A stretch of DNA of 64,000 bases from an uncultured Clostridia bacterium (lineage in GTDB: Bacteria > Bacillota > Clostridia > Christensenellales > UBA1242): the NCBI GenBank assembly GCA_934772045.1, contig CAKVMH010000001.1, forward strand, positions 234,066 to 298,065, in the 5' to 3' direction. The notes beneath the pieces are model-generated. The model made no database searches, was not told the origin of the DNA, and saw only the letters and a list, made by a program, of their open reading frames with translations. Made by a program: the position numbers and the translations under genes. How positions within the stretch are numbered: the first letter of the stretch is position 1; every line of letters starts with the position of its first letter. This document shows positions 18,145 through 27,605 of the stretch, one piece after another.

Positions 18145-18298
18145 TTATATTTTAATAATTTGTAAAACTTATTATATCATAAAGTTTAAAAAAAACAATA
18201 AAAACTATCAAAATATACTTAAATTTACATATAAAAATGCAAAAGATAAAAAATTTTACAAAACCATTATTAAAGTAATTTAAAACGCTATAATGAAA

Positions 18299-19594
18299 TT
18301 ATTTTCCTAAACAAAACTTGCTGAAAATACGATCTATTATCGTTTCATTTGTTGTTGTTCCACTAATCTCACCTAAGGTAATCCACGCAGATTTTAACTC
18401 TGCGCTAATAACATCCATTGTCATATTATCAAATAATGCACTGGCGCTAATAATGTGTTCTAGGGCACTCTTGATGCACTCAATGTGACGAATGTTGGTT
18501 AAATAAAACCTATTTTCATTTAGCCTTTCACCAATAGTGTAATCAAATATCTTTTGTTTTAACAGGTCTATATTTTCGCCGGTTTGGGCACTGATATTGA
18601 TATAATCTTTGTCTAAATTTTCACCAAACATGTCAATTTTGTTGTAAATCTTTAAGAATGGTTTATCTGTCTTCATATTATTTGGAGTATTCTTATCACT
18701 TATTAAAAGAACTAAATCTGCATCATTTAATGTTTGTTTTGCTCTATCTATACCAATTTGTTCAACGATATCATCACTTTCATGTATTCCAGCTGTATCA
18801 AAAAGCCTAAAAATTATTCCATTATATTCATATTCAGCTTCAACAACATCTCTTGTTGTGCCGGCAACATTTGTAACTATTGCCTTGTTTGAATTTGTTA
18901 AAGCATTTAAAATACTAGATTTACCAACATTTGGTGCCCCAATAATGGCAATATTAACACCATTTTTTATTTTTAGCCCATTTTTGCTATTTGAAATCAT
19001 CATTGTAAGGTCATTAATTAAATTTTTCAATTTTTCTTGCAGGCTGTTTGATTCATCGTCAGTGAATTCATATTCTGGATAATCAATTTTCGCTTCAAGT
19101 TCTGCCAAGATATCTGTTATTGTATTTTGAAATATTGTAATTTTATCTTTTAATGAGCCGATAAGCAAATTACTTGCTTGTTTTGCCTGCATTTCACTTT
19201 CAGCATTTATAATATCCATAACGCCTTCTGCTTGGTCAATGCTCATTTTCCCATTAATAAAAGCTCGCTTACTGAATTCACCGGGCGTTGCCAATTTTGC
19301 ACCATATTCAACACATTGTTCAATTATTTTCTGCGCTAAAAAATAACCGCCATGAGATTGAATTTCAACCACGTCTTCACCGGTATAACTATTTGGCGCA
19401 GAAAAATATACCACAAGCGCAGTATCTTTTATGTCTTTACATGTTATTTCCTTTAAATACATATGCCTAGGTTTAAATTCTAATTCTTCATTAATTATAT
19501 TTTGGGCAATATCTTTTACCAAATCACCACTCATTCTTATTACTGCAACACCACTATTTCCTGCTGGGGTTGCCAAAGCCACAATTGTTTCCAT
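18299..19594 (-). CDS. mnmE: tRNA modification GTPase MnmE
   Basis: G1 GAPNVGKSS, G3 DTAG, C-terminal FCLGK. The start METIVALATP (ATG at 19594) lies 6 nt after a TGGTATAAT box. Confidence 0.9.
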   Translation of the reverse strand: METIVALATPAGNSGVAVIRMSGDLVKDIAQNIINEELEFKPRHMYLKEITCKDIKDTALVVYFSAPNSYTGEDVVEIQSHGGYFLAQKIIEQCVEYGAKLATPGEFSKRAFINGKMSIDQAEGVMDIINAESEMQAKQASNLLIGSLKDKITIFQNTITDILAELEAKIDYPEYEFTDDESNSLQEKLKNLINDLTMMISNSKNGLKIKNGVNIAIIGAPNVGKSSILNALTNSNKAIVTNVAGTTRDVVEAEYEYNGIIFRLFDTAGIHESDDIVEQIGIDRAKQTLNDADLVLLISDKNTPNNMKTDKPFLKIYNKIDMFGENLDKDYINISAQTGENIDLLKQKIFDYTIGERLNENRFYLTNIRHIECIKSALEHIISASALFDNMTMDVISAELKSAWITLGEISGTTTNETIIDRIFSKFCLGK

Positions 19595-19810
19595 ATCTTT
19601 ATTATACCACATATTTGCCAAATTTCAATATGATTATTTACGATTAGTTTTATTTATATTTTAAGTTGATGATTATTGCCTACGTATGACGATTGTAGTT
19701 TTAAATAATGTTCAATAAAAAACACCGTTGTCCGGTGTTTTTAAATAAAATCTTAATTAAACTAGATTTACTAGCAGAAACGCAACCAATTGTAATATTA
19801 TTATGAATTT

Positions 19811-20695
19811 TTATCTAAGAAATCTATCATAAATCCTATCCAAATCATCTTGTGAATAGTAGTCGATGTAAATTCTGCCTTTTTTATCATTACCTATTAA
19901 TGAAACCTTTGTACCTAATTTCCTTTGCATATCTGCAATAAATTCTTGTAAATCGTCACTTATTGGCTTATTTGTGGGTTTCTTTTTCTTTCCGCCTAAG
20001 ATAGAATTAACTTCATGTTCCAAATCTCTAACAGTTATCTTATCTTTAGCAATTTTCTTTGCTAAAAGTAATTGTGTTGCATAATCCTCAACTGCAACAA
20101 GTATCTTCGCATGACCAAACGACACCTTACCCTTTTCTACCAATTCTAAAACTTCTGGATATAATGATAATATCCTTACTGAATTTGCCACAGCAGACCT
20201 AGGTTTTCCTATGCGTTCAGCCACCTTTTCTTGTGTTAAACCATACTCGTCCATTAACTTTCTTATACCTTTAGCCACTTCAACAGGATTTAAATCTTCC
20301 CTTTGTAAGTTTTCAATAATTGATATTTCTGCAATTTGTTTGTTTGAATAGTTTTTAACAATTGCGTCAATTTCAGTTAATCCGCACAACTTGCACGCGC
20401 GAAACCTTCTTTCGCCAGCGATAATCATGTAACTATCGTCGGTTTTATTCACTATAATAGGTTGAATTAAACCATGTATTCTTATACTTTCAGCTAATTC
20501 GTTTAAACTTTCTTTATCAAAAGTTTTTCTTGGTTGATTCGGATTTGGATATACTTTATTAATATCTATCTTCTCCACATCACCGCGACGCATTTCATAA
20601 TTTGTGACAGACCTTTCCTCATGCTTTTCTTCTACAGCTTCACCGTCGTAGACTTTTAACAAACTGTCCAAACCTCTACCTAAACCCATTTTCAT
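19811..20695 (-). CDS. parB: ParB/Spo0J chromosome partitioning protein
   Basis: GLGRGLDSLL N-terminus, ParB box IIAGERRFRA, HTH; GGGAGG SD. Confidence 0.9.
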   Translation of the reverse strand: MKMGLGRGLDSLLKVYDGEAVEEKHEERSVTNYEMRRGDVEKIDINKVYPNPNQPRKTFDKESLNELAESIRIHGLIQPIIVNKTDDSYMIIAGERRFRACKLCGLTEIDAIVKNYSNKQIAEISIIENLQREDLNPVEVAKGIRKLMDEYGLTQEKVAERIGKPRSAVANSVRILSLYPEVLELVEKGKVSFGHAKILVAVEDYATQLLLAKKIAKDKITVRDLEHEVNSILGGKKKKPTNKPISDDLQEFIADMQRKLGTKVSLIGNDKKGRIYIDYYSQDDLDRIYDRFLR

Positions 20696-20828
20696 AATAT
20701 TCCTCCCATTTACCTATTACTATGATAACAAAAATCAACTTGCGTGTCAAATAAATGAAAGTTAAAAAAGAATTACATTTAATTATATTATTGATTAGTA
20801 ATTATGTTTAAAAGGATTTTAAGTACAA

Positions 20829-20844
20829 TGTTCCACATGGAACA
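20829..20844. promoter_or_regulatory. parS-like site 1
   Basis: TGTTCCACATGGAACA matches the Firmicutes parS consensus TGTTNCACGTGAAACA at 14 of 16 positions. Confidence 0.7.
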
Positions 20845-20969
20845 ATTGATGTTAATAATTAAAAACCCCTACAGCTTGTAAAACAAAAAAATTATAAAAC
20901 ATTTAAATTACACATCAAAACACATAACAATGTTACTATTTTATTGATATTTTCAAATTTATTAATAAT

Positions 20970-20985
20970 TGTTCCACATGGAACA
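20970..20985. promoter_or_regulatory. parS-like site 2
   Basis: TGTTCCACATGGAACA, identical to site 1, with extended AATTG...CAATT flanks. Confidence 0.7.
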
Positions 20986-21299
20986 ATTTAGTTGGTGAGG
21001 TAAATAATACACTAATAAAGATATTTTAATATCATTGTTGATTTGTTGATATGTCTAATAAATTGTAATTTCAATTGTACAAAAATATTTATAATTTCAT
21101 TATGGTATGATTAATAGATTTAATATTAGTTGATAAAGGAATTTTATTATACAAATATTTAATTGAAGGCTAAAGATTGACTAACAAAACAATAAGAAAT
21201 AAACAATGTTATCAATGTAGTTGATTTAAATTAATTTAACATAAAAGTTTTTAAAGTACATTTAATTTTATCTGTAAATATGTTATTGATTAAAAAAAA

Positions 21300-21315
21300 T
21301 GTTCCATGTGGAACA
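21300..21315. promoter_or_regulatory. parS-like site 3 (opposite orientation)
   Basis: TGTTCCATGTGGAACA, the exact reverse complement of sites 1 and 2. Confidence 0.7.
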
Positions 21316-21385
21316 TTTTTTAATTGTTGTTAAAGTGATGTAATATTCTATTGGTTTATGTTTAGATTTAATCGTAAAATAATGT

Positions 21386-22147
21386 TTATTGTTTTGACAA
21401 GAACTCTTGACTTAAAGCCTTGTAAGCTAAAGCTCCTTTACTTTTGTTGTCGTACATCATTATTGGCATGCTGTGGCTTGGGGCTTCAGCTAAACGAATG
21501 TTTCTTGGAATAGTTGTTTCATAAACTTTAGTTTTGAAGTACTCTTTGATTTCGTTTGCGACTTGTGAAACTAGGTTACTACGATTATCCTTCATTGTTA
21601 AAAGCACCCCTTCAATTTCAATGCCCGGGTTAAGGTGCATTTTAATAAGACGCACAGTATTCATTAGTTGCCCCAAACCTACAAGCGCAAAATACTCACA
21701 TTGTAAAGGAATAATGATACTATTTGTTGCTGTTAGAGCATTAACTGTTAATAAGCCTAAAGATGGTGGACAATCTATGAATATGTAATCATAATTCGAT
21801 TTAATTTCTTCTAGCGCCTCTTTTAAAACTTTTTCACGATTCTCAACATACACAAGGTCAACTTCTGCACCTGATAAATCAACAGTTGAAGGCAATACGT
21901 CCAAAGTCTTCACAACTGATGGATAAATTGCTTCCTTTATGTTGATTTCACCTAAAAGTACTTCGTAAACAGAATTTTTACCTTTTTCGATTTCCACACC
22001 TAAGCTTGCACAAGCGTTCCCTTGTGGATCCATGTCTATTAATAATACTTTTTTGCCTGTATCGGCAATATATGAAGCCAAATTAACGCAAGTGGTGGTT
22101 TTACCAACACCGCCTTTTTGGTTTGTGACTGCAATAATTTTTCCCAT
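21386..22147 (-). CDS. parA: ParA/Soj chromosome partitioning ATPase
   Basis: Deviant Walker A NQKGGVGKTTT; 253 aa; GGAGA SD. Confidence 0.9.
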   Translation of the reverse strand: MGKIIAVTNQKGGVGKTTTCVNLASYIADTGKKVLLIDMDPQGNACASLGVEIEKGKNSVYEVLLGEINIKEAIYPSVVKTLDVLPSTVDLSGAEVDLVYVENREKVLKEALEEIKSNYDYIFIDCPPSLGLLTVNALTATNSIIIPLQCEYFALVGLGQLMNTVRLIKMHLNPGIEIEGVLLTMKDNRSNLVSQVANEIKEYFKTKVYETTIPRNIRLAEAPSHSMPIMMYDNKSKGALAYKALSQEFLSKQ

Positions 22148-22409
22148 TAGATAGTTCTCCTATAGTAATAATAAACTAAAAAAAAATTAAATGCAATTAA
22201 AAGTTAAATAATTTTGCAAAAAATCATTAAAAAATGTGCATTTTTATTAAATTTTAAATAAAATTTATTTAATTTACCTAAGAACGAATGGTTTTGATTA
22301 TACTTTTTTATTCTACATTGCATTTTGAAACATTATTGGTTGATTTATAATTCATTTGACAATGCCTAATAAAATTGATACACTTAAAACACTAATAGAA
22401 GGTTTAATT

Positions 22410-23363
22410 ATGAAAGCAAAATATTCAATTGTGGTTCCGGTATTTAATGAACAAGAAGCAATCCCATTGTTTTATAAAGCAATTGTGCCAGTGATGGAAA
22501 AACTTAATGAAGAGTTTGAAGTTATATTTGTAAATGATGGTAGCCGTGACAACACTATAAAGGTTTTAAAAGATTTAGCTGAAAAGGACAAGAGAATTAA
22601 AGTAGTCAATTTTTCACGCAATTTTGGGCAACAAGCAGCAATCTATGCAGGGTTTGAAAACGCAGAAGGCGATGCAGTTGTTGACATTGATGTCGACTTA
22701 CAAGACCCAGTTGAAGTTATACCTTTAATGATCGAAAAATGGAAACAAGGGTATGACATTGTACACGGCAAAAGGTCAAAAAGAAAAGGGGAGTCGTTCT
22801 TCAAAAAAGTTACATCAAAAATGTACCTTAAATTTTTGAAGAAAATCAGTGGGTTAGATATTCCAGCAAATGTAGGCGAATTCAAACTTTTTGACAGGAA
22901 AGTAATTGACACATTGCTCGCTATGCCTGAACATGATAGGTATATCCGTGGTGTTACAGCGTGGGTTGGCTTTAAACAAACCGAAGTGGAATTTGTACGT
23001 AACGAGCGCAGTGCAGGTGAAACAAAATATTCGGTTAAAAAATTGTTCAAATTAGCTGGGCGCAGTGTTATTTCTATGACAACTTGGCCTCTTTCGCTTT
23101 CAATGAAGACAGGGCTGTTTGGAGGCTTTTTAAGTTTGATATGTTATTTAGTCTTCATCATTTTGGCATGCTGTAAGATTGTGTTACCTGTTTCAGCCTG
23201 GTTATTCCCAACAATTACTTTAGTTGCGTCCATGCTGTTGGTGTTTAATGGAATTTCAAACATCTATTTAAGAAGAACCTATGAAGAGGTGCAGAACCGT
23301 CCACGTTACATAATTAGAGAAAAACTTAATTTTGACGATGATAATGCCGGTATCAAAGAATAA
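22410..23363 (+). CDS. GT2 polyprenyl-phosphate glycosyltransferase (GtrB/CsbB-like) with two C-terminal TM helices
   Basis: SIVVPVFNE, NDGSRD and DVDLQD motifs; start MKAKYSIV at 22410. Confidence 0.85.
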   Translation: MKAKYSIVVPVFNEQEAIPLFYKAIVPVMEKLNEEFEVIFVNDGSRDNTIKVLKDLAEKDKRIKVVNFSRNFGQQAAIYAGFENAEGDAVVDIDVDLQDPVEVIPLMIEKWKQGYDIVHGKRSKRKGESFFKKVTSKMYLKFLKKISGLDIPANVGEFKLFDRKVIDTLLAMPEHDRYIRGVTAWVGFKQTEVEFVRNERSAGETKYSVKKLFKLAGRSVISMTTWPLSLSMKTGLFGGFLSLICYLVFIILACCKIVLPVSAWLFPTITLVASMLLVFNGISNIYLRRTYEEVQNRPRYIIREKLNFDDDNAGIKE

Positions 23364-23541
23364 GCGATAAAATTAAAATAATTGTTGAAAATGTGTTTCT
23401 TAAAAAAAATAGAGTGAACACATTTTTCATGCAAGTATTGATTAGATAATTATCCCATAATTATTATGCCTAAAACTGGATTTAGTGCAGATTGAGTGTT
23501 TATTTAAATAAAGTAAAGGATATAAGCCTAAAAGGAATAAT

Positions 23542-24228
23542 ATGACAGAATTTTTAAACAATTTGTTTTCCACAGTGTTTGGCGAAAACATAATTTTAGC
23601 AACAATATTAATTGCCATGGTGCCGATTATTGAATTAAGAGGCGCCATACCTTTTGCAACCAACCCTGGTTTTTGGGGTGACCTTGCCATGAACAACTGG
23701 ACCGCTTTTGGGTGGAGTTTGCTTGGAAGTTCTTTAATTGTGCCAGTGATAGCGCTTATATTCTTACCGCTTATAAACTGGCTTAAAAAGACAAAATTGT
23801 TCCACAAATTAGCGGTTGGAATTGAAAACCGAATTAAAGGTAAATCAAGCAATATTGAGGGCGCAGAAGAAAAAAGCACAACTTTCAGCAAAACGTGGTG
23901 GAAAAAGGTGATAGCAGTTTTCGTTTTTGTTGCCGTTCCATTGCCGTTTACCGGAGTGTGGACCGGTACATGCGTGGCTGTGTTTATCGGTTTAGATTAT
24001 TTGACAACATGTGTAAGCGTAATTTTAGGCAATGTGGTTGCCGGTGTTGCTATAACTCTGATACTGCAATTCTTCCCATGGCTTAATAATTGGTTGTTTT
24101 ATATATTCTTGATTTTAATTGCAGTAATTATTGTTGCAGAAGTTATAAGGCATTTTGTTAAAAAAGGAAAAGAAAAAAATGGAAGCAATAAAATTCAGTT
24201 AGATGACAATGATAATGCTAAGGAGTAA
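23542..24228 (+). CDS. Membrane protein, putative small multidrug export family (Sm_multidrug_ex-like)
   Basis: N-terminal ...IAMVPIIELRGAIPFA motif remembered for that family; 5-6 TM. Confidence 0.55.
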   Translation: MTEFLNNLFSTVFGENIILATILIAMVPIIELRGAIPFATNPGFWGDLAMNNWTAFGWSLLGSSLIVPVIALIFLPLINWLKKTKLFHKLAVGIENRIKGKSSNIEGAEEKSTTFSKTWWKKVIAVFVFVAVPLPFTGVWTGTCVAVFIGLDYLTTCVSVILGNVVAGVAITLILQFFPWLNNWLFYIFLILIAVIIVAEVIRHFVKKGKEKNGSNKIQLDDNDNAKE

Positions 24229-24231
24229 ATA

Positions 24232-26781
24232 ATGACAAAAAATGAGACCTTTTCAAACGATGTAAACATGAAAACAAAGAGAAAATTTGATTATTTTCTA
24301 TTAATTTTGATAGCCGTAGCAATAATAGAAATAATCCCGGCAGTAGTTACCGGTGGACATATGGCGGGTTTTGATTTGGCATATCATTATGCAACCATTC
24401 GTTCAGTGAACGATGCATTTAACAGTGGCCATTTTTTTTCAAGGATAAGGTCGATCATAGCTAGCGATTATGGCTATGGGTCAGGATTGTTTTATTCGTT
24501 AATACCATCATCAATATGTGTGTTGTTTATGAATCTTTTCCATTTACCTTTGCAATGGGCGTTGGTGTTAGAATATTTTATCGTGATTTTATGCTCTGGT
24601 TTAGTAATGTATAAGTTTTTAAATGCAATATTTAAGAACAAGATTAACTCGCTGGTCGGCACAATTGTGTACATGATATTTCCATACTTTTTGACAAATT
24701 TGTTTATTAGATATGCCTTCAGTGAAGTGTTTATAATGTTGGCTTTGCCAATGGTTTGTTATGGTTTATATAGTTTGATAGAATTAGGCAATTACAAAAC
24801 ATTTATTTTTTATTTTACTTTAGGATATGTTTTAGCTATTTGTACTCATCTCAGTGTAACAATTTACATAACATTGTTTTTGGCTATTTATTTATTGATA
24901 AATTTCAAAAAATTGTTAAAAGATTATAAATGGTTCACATTTTTAGTTTCATGCTTTCTAGTTCTAATAATAAGTGTTTGTTTCTATATACCAATGCTTA
25001 TCAATTTTGGCGTCACACAAACCAACAATATGGGTGTCAGCGGAAAATCGATGTACATGGAAGTCCTATCATCATTTAAATGCGGCTCTGTATACACTGC
25101 ACCTATTATATATGTTGTGATACTTGCTTATGCGATTTTTGCTTTTACTTATTTTAGTCGTCCAAAAAATGAAAGGACACAAAATGAAAAAGTGTTTTTT
25201 ATACTATCAACTATTACTACTGTTGTAGTTACACCTTTATTCCCTTGGATACTAGCTTTCGGCCCGTTCACAATGGTTCAGTTTGTGTTTAGATTATACA
25301 ATATAAACGCCGTAATGATTGCGATAATGGCTGGTTATGTAATTAAATATTTAAGATTTAAAAAAGCTTTAATTCCAATATTTGCTAGCTTTGTTGTTGT
25401 AGTAGTTGCATTATTTTCAACAGGATTTTACAGTGCAAATAAATACAATTGGCTTCCCGATGGGCGAGTGGTAGAAGTTAGAAGACAGTATGCGGAGTAT
25501 GTAGATGCAAACCTTGTAACATATTTTTCGGATTATAATGGCTTAGGGGCAAACAAGAATGGAGATTATTTCCCTAAAGGATTAACACAAGAGTATTTAA
25601 ACAAAAGGGTAAATGAAAATATAATCTTAGACACTAATTGTGACATAGCAGAGATTGGGAATTATCAAAAACAAAATTTATTCAGTTTTATTGCCAAAAA
25701 ATCTGAGAATGGTTATGTGGTACTTAATATCCCATATTCACAATTTGAGTGTGTAGAATTGTATCAATTAAAATGTGAACAAGAAAATCGTTATCAAAAT
25801 GTCAATGTCGGTGTACATGAAGGCAAAACAAAATTGTTATTATCTGACTATGACGATGAGATTAAAATTGTAATTAAATATGAGGAAAATAGCAAGTTGG
25901 ATCGTTATCTCAAAGCAAATCCATTCGAGTTTAAGGTGAAATCCGGTAGTGCAAATATTACCAATTTTGAAAAGGAATGGACAACCGATTATACGGTTGA
26001 CATCGACACAACAGTTGAAACAAGAATTGAATTACCTACACTATTCTATAAAGGATACAAACTTACATACACAACTGCAAATGGTAGTTATAATTTAACT
26101 GCAGAACATGGCGAAAATGGTTTTGTTGAAACAGTGGTAAATGAAAGCGGGACTTTGCATGTGGAATTTGCGCCAAAATATGTTGACGTTGCCAACGCGG
26201 TAAGCATAATCGGCATTTGCTTGTTCGCGATTGTTATGCTCCTATGCTTACTTGTTCCGCGTGAAAAGTTTACAAAATTTGGGAATAGGGTAACCGAATA
26301 TTTTAAAACACATAAAAACGCTGGCGAAATTTTAAGGTTTATCATTGTGGGTGGTATCGCGACTTTGGTGGACATGTTCACAATGGGCGTAGTGATGTAT
26401 TTAATGCAAAAAAGTATTTACTCAGGCTTTTTAAATGTATTTATACATGCGCCAACACCTTCAACATTGGCGACAATAATTGGCACGACAGTTGGTTTCT
26501 TGGTTGGCTTAATCGTTAACTATGTTTTATCAATTTTGTTTGTGTTTAATGAAAAGGGTAACAGTAAAAGCGCAAAAGGGTTTATGGTTTTCGCTCTTTT
26601 AAGCGCTGTTGGGTTGGGTATCAACATTTTAGGTACATTTATAGGTTTTGATTTGCTTCATTTGAATCAATGGCTTGTAAAGATTGTTATGGTATTTGTT
26701 GTGTTAGTATATAACTACATTTCTAAAAAATTACTTTTGTTTAAAAACAAAAACAAGTCAAAAGAAAGCGAGAATAAATAG
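24232..26781 (+). CDS. Large polytopic GT-C-like glycosyltransferase fused to a C-terminal GtrA-like domain (849 aa)
   Basis: About 13 N-terminal TM helices and a ~250-aa extracytoplasmic domain. The C-terminal ~150 aa has GtrA hallmarks (LRFIIVGGIATLVDMF ... YNYISKKLLLFK). AAGGAG SD overlaps the upstream stop. Confidence 0.65.
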   Translation: MTKNETFSNDVNMKTKRKFDYFLLILIAVAIIEIIPAVVTGGHMAGFDLAYHYATIRSVNDAFNSGHFFSRIRSIIASDYGYGSGLFYSLIPSSICVLFMNLFHLPLQWALVLEYFIVILCSGLVMYKFLNAIFKNKINSLVGTIVYMIFPYFLTNLFIRYAFSEVFIMLALPMVCYGLYSLIELGNYKTFIFYFTLGYVLAICTHLSVTIYITLFLAIYLLINFKKLLKDYKWFTFLVSCFLVLIISVCFYIPMLINFGVTQTNNMGVSGKSMYMEVLSSFKCGSVYTAPIIYVVILAYAIFAFTYFSRPKNERTQNEKVFFILSTITTVVVTPLFPWILAFGPFTMVQFVFRLYNINAVMIAIMAGYVIKYLRFKKALIPIFASFVVVVVALFSTGFYSANKYNWLPDGRVVEVRRQYAEYVDANLVTYFSDYNGLGANKNGDYFPKGLTQEYLNKRVNENIILDTNCDIAEIGNYQKQNLFSFIAKKSENGYVVLNIPYSQFECVELYQLKCEQENRYQNVNVGVHEGKTKLLLSDYDDEIKIVIKYEENSKLDRYLKANPFEFKVKSGSANITNFEKEWTTDYTVDIDTTVETRIELPTLFYKGYKLTYTTANGSYNLTAEHGENGFVETVVNESGTLHVEFAPKYVDVANAVSIIGICLFAIVMLLCLLVPREKFTKFGNRVTEYFKTHKNAGEILRFIIVGGIATLVDMFTMGVVMYLMQKSIYSGFLNVFIHAPTPSTLATIIGTTVGFLVGLIVNYVLSILFVFNEKGNSKSAKGFMVFALLSAVGLGINILGTFIGFDLLHLNQWLVKIVMVFVVLVYNYISKKLLLFKNKNKSKESENK

Positions 26782-26786
26782 GATAC

Positions 26787-26818
26787 AAAAAGTTTCAACT
26801 GTCGGTTGAAACTTTTTT
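26787..26818 (+). terminator. Rho-independent terminator
   Basis: AAAAAGTTTCAAC-tgtcg-GTTGAAACTTTTT. Confidence 0.75.
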
Positions 26819-26934
26819 GTGTCAGTAGATAAAAACTAGTTAAAACGCATAAGAGTGTTTATTAGTGAAACAATAAATAAAGATAAAACATAATTTTTGA
26901 TAAAAAAACAACGCGACCCAAAGCCGAGTTGAAT

Positions 26935-27005
26935 AAAATGAGGACCCCACAAAGCCAAACGAAGCGGGTTTGAAGGGGAAACGAGAAAGACAAGAGAGAA
27001 GGCAA
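26935..27005 (-). repeat. tRNA-linked element, partial copy E (hairpin 2 half)
   Basis: The minus strand reads TTTCCCCTTCAAACCCGCTTCGTTTGGCTTTGTGGGGTCCTCATTTTAT, about 85 percent identical to the copy B hairpin 2 and its CATTTTAT tail. Confidence 0.65.
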
Positions 27006-27024
27006 CATTTTGTGTTTTTTAACT

Positions 27025-27051
27025 AAAAAACACAAGTTGCTAAAACTTGTG
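27025..27051 (-). terminator. Rho-independent terminator (shared tRNA-locus module)
   Basis: The minus strand reads GCACAAGTTTTAGCAACTTGTG plus T6. Confidence 0.75.
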
Positions 27052-27056
27052 CAAAA

Positions 27057-27175
27057 CGCATCAGGGCTCCCACAAAGGCTATTAAGTGCCTTTGATGGGA
27101 ATGAGGAGCAAACGGCAAAAGGTCAGAGGTTGTTTTTACAAAAAACAACCCGACAAATATGCCAGGTTGCGACGA
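27057..27175 (-). repeat. tRNA-linked two-hairpin element, copy C (begins at the nucleotide after the tRNA CCA)
   Basis: The minus strand reads TCGTCGCAACCTGG...; hairpin 1 GGTTGTTTTT/AAAAACAACC; TTGCTCCT; hairpin 2 CCCATCAAAGGC/GCCTTTGTGGG. Confidence 0.75.
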
Positions 27176-27252
27176 TGGTGCGTCCAGAGGGATTCGAACC
27201 CCCGACCTTTGGTTCCGTAGACCAACGCTCTATCCAGCTGAGCTATGAACGC
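27176..27252 (-). tRNA. tRNA-Arg(ACG), CCA encoded
   Basis: GCGTTCATAGCTCAGCTGGATAGAGCG-TTGGT-CTACGGA-ACCAA-...TTCGAAT...GGACGCACCA. Confidence 0.95.
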
Positions 27253-27294
27253 AAGTATTAAGATAAGAATTGTTAACAGATAAACTAAGTTAAT

Positions 27295-27313
27295 GTTGGG
27301 CTACGGAACCAAC
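27295..27313. repeat. Inverted copy of the tRNA-Arg(ACG) anticodon stem-loop, 42 nt upstream of the tRNA 5' end
   Basis: The plus strand GTTGGGCTACGGAACCAAC matches the tRNA sense strand GTTGGTCTACGGAACCAAA at 17 of 19 positions, but the gene is on the minus strand. Confidence 0.8.
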
Positions 27314-27605
27314 ATGGGAACCCTGTTAAAGCCAAACAAACTTTTTGAAACTGCATTAACATTTTTTTAATGCTTTTATATGATAACATAATTAAACAAA
27401 ATTTGCAACATTTTTTAAAAAATTTATTAAAATTTGTGTTTTATGGCTAATTAAAAGCGTAATGAAACAAATTTACCTTATAACTGATATAAAATAAGTT
27501 TACTATAAAACCTGCGCATAAGTTTGAAAAGAAAAGCAAAATGCTATATAATAATGTATAGCATAAGTCAAATTGAAATATGTGAAAATAATAAAGGAGC
27601 CTACC

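Noticed and set aside
22148-22409. An alternative replication origin at the parA/GT2 divergence, where gene orientation switches from mostly minus to mostly plus
   Set aside because: I found no TTATCCACA-like boxes in this spacer, and the orientation bias downstream is weak, with many minus-strand genes after 29 kb. The DnaA-box cluster at 11.6-12.5 kb is the better candidate.
27010-27261. 83-aa ORF on the plus strand
   Set aside because: It runs antisense through element copy C and tRNA-Arg(ACG) and has no SD.
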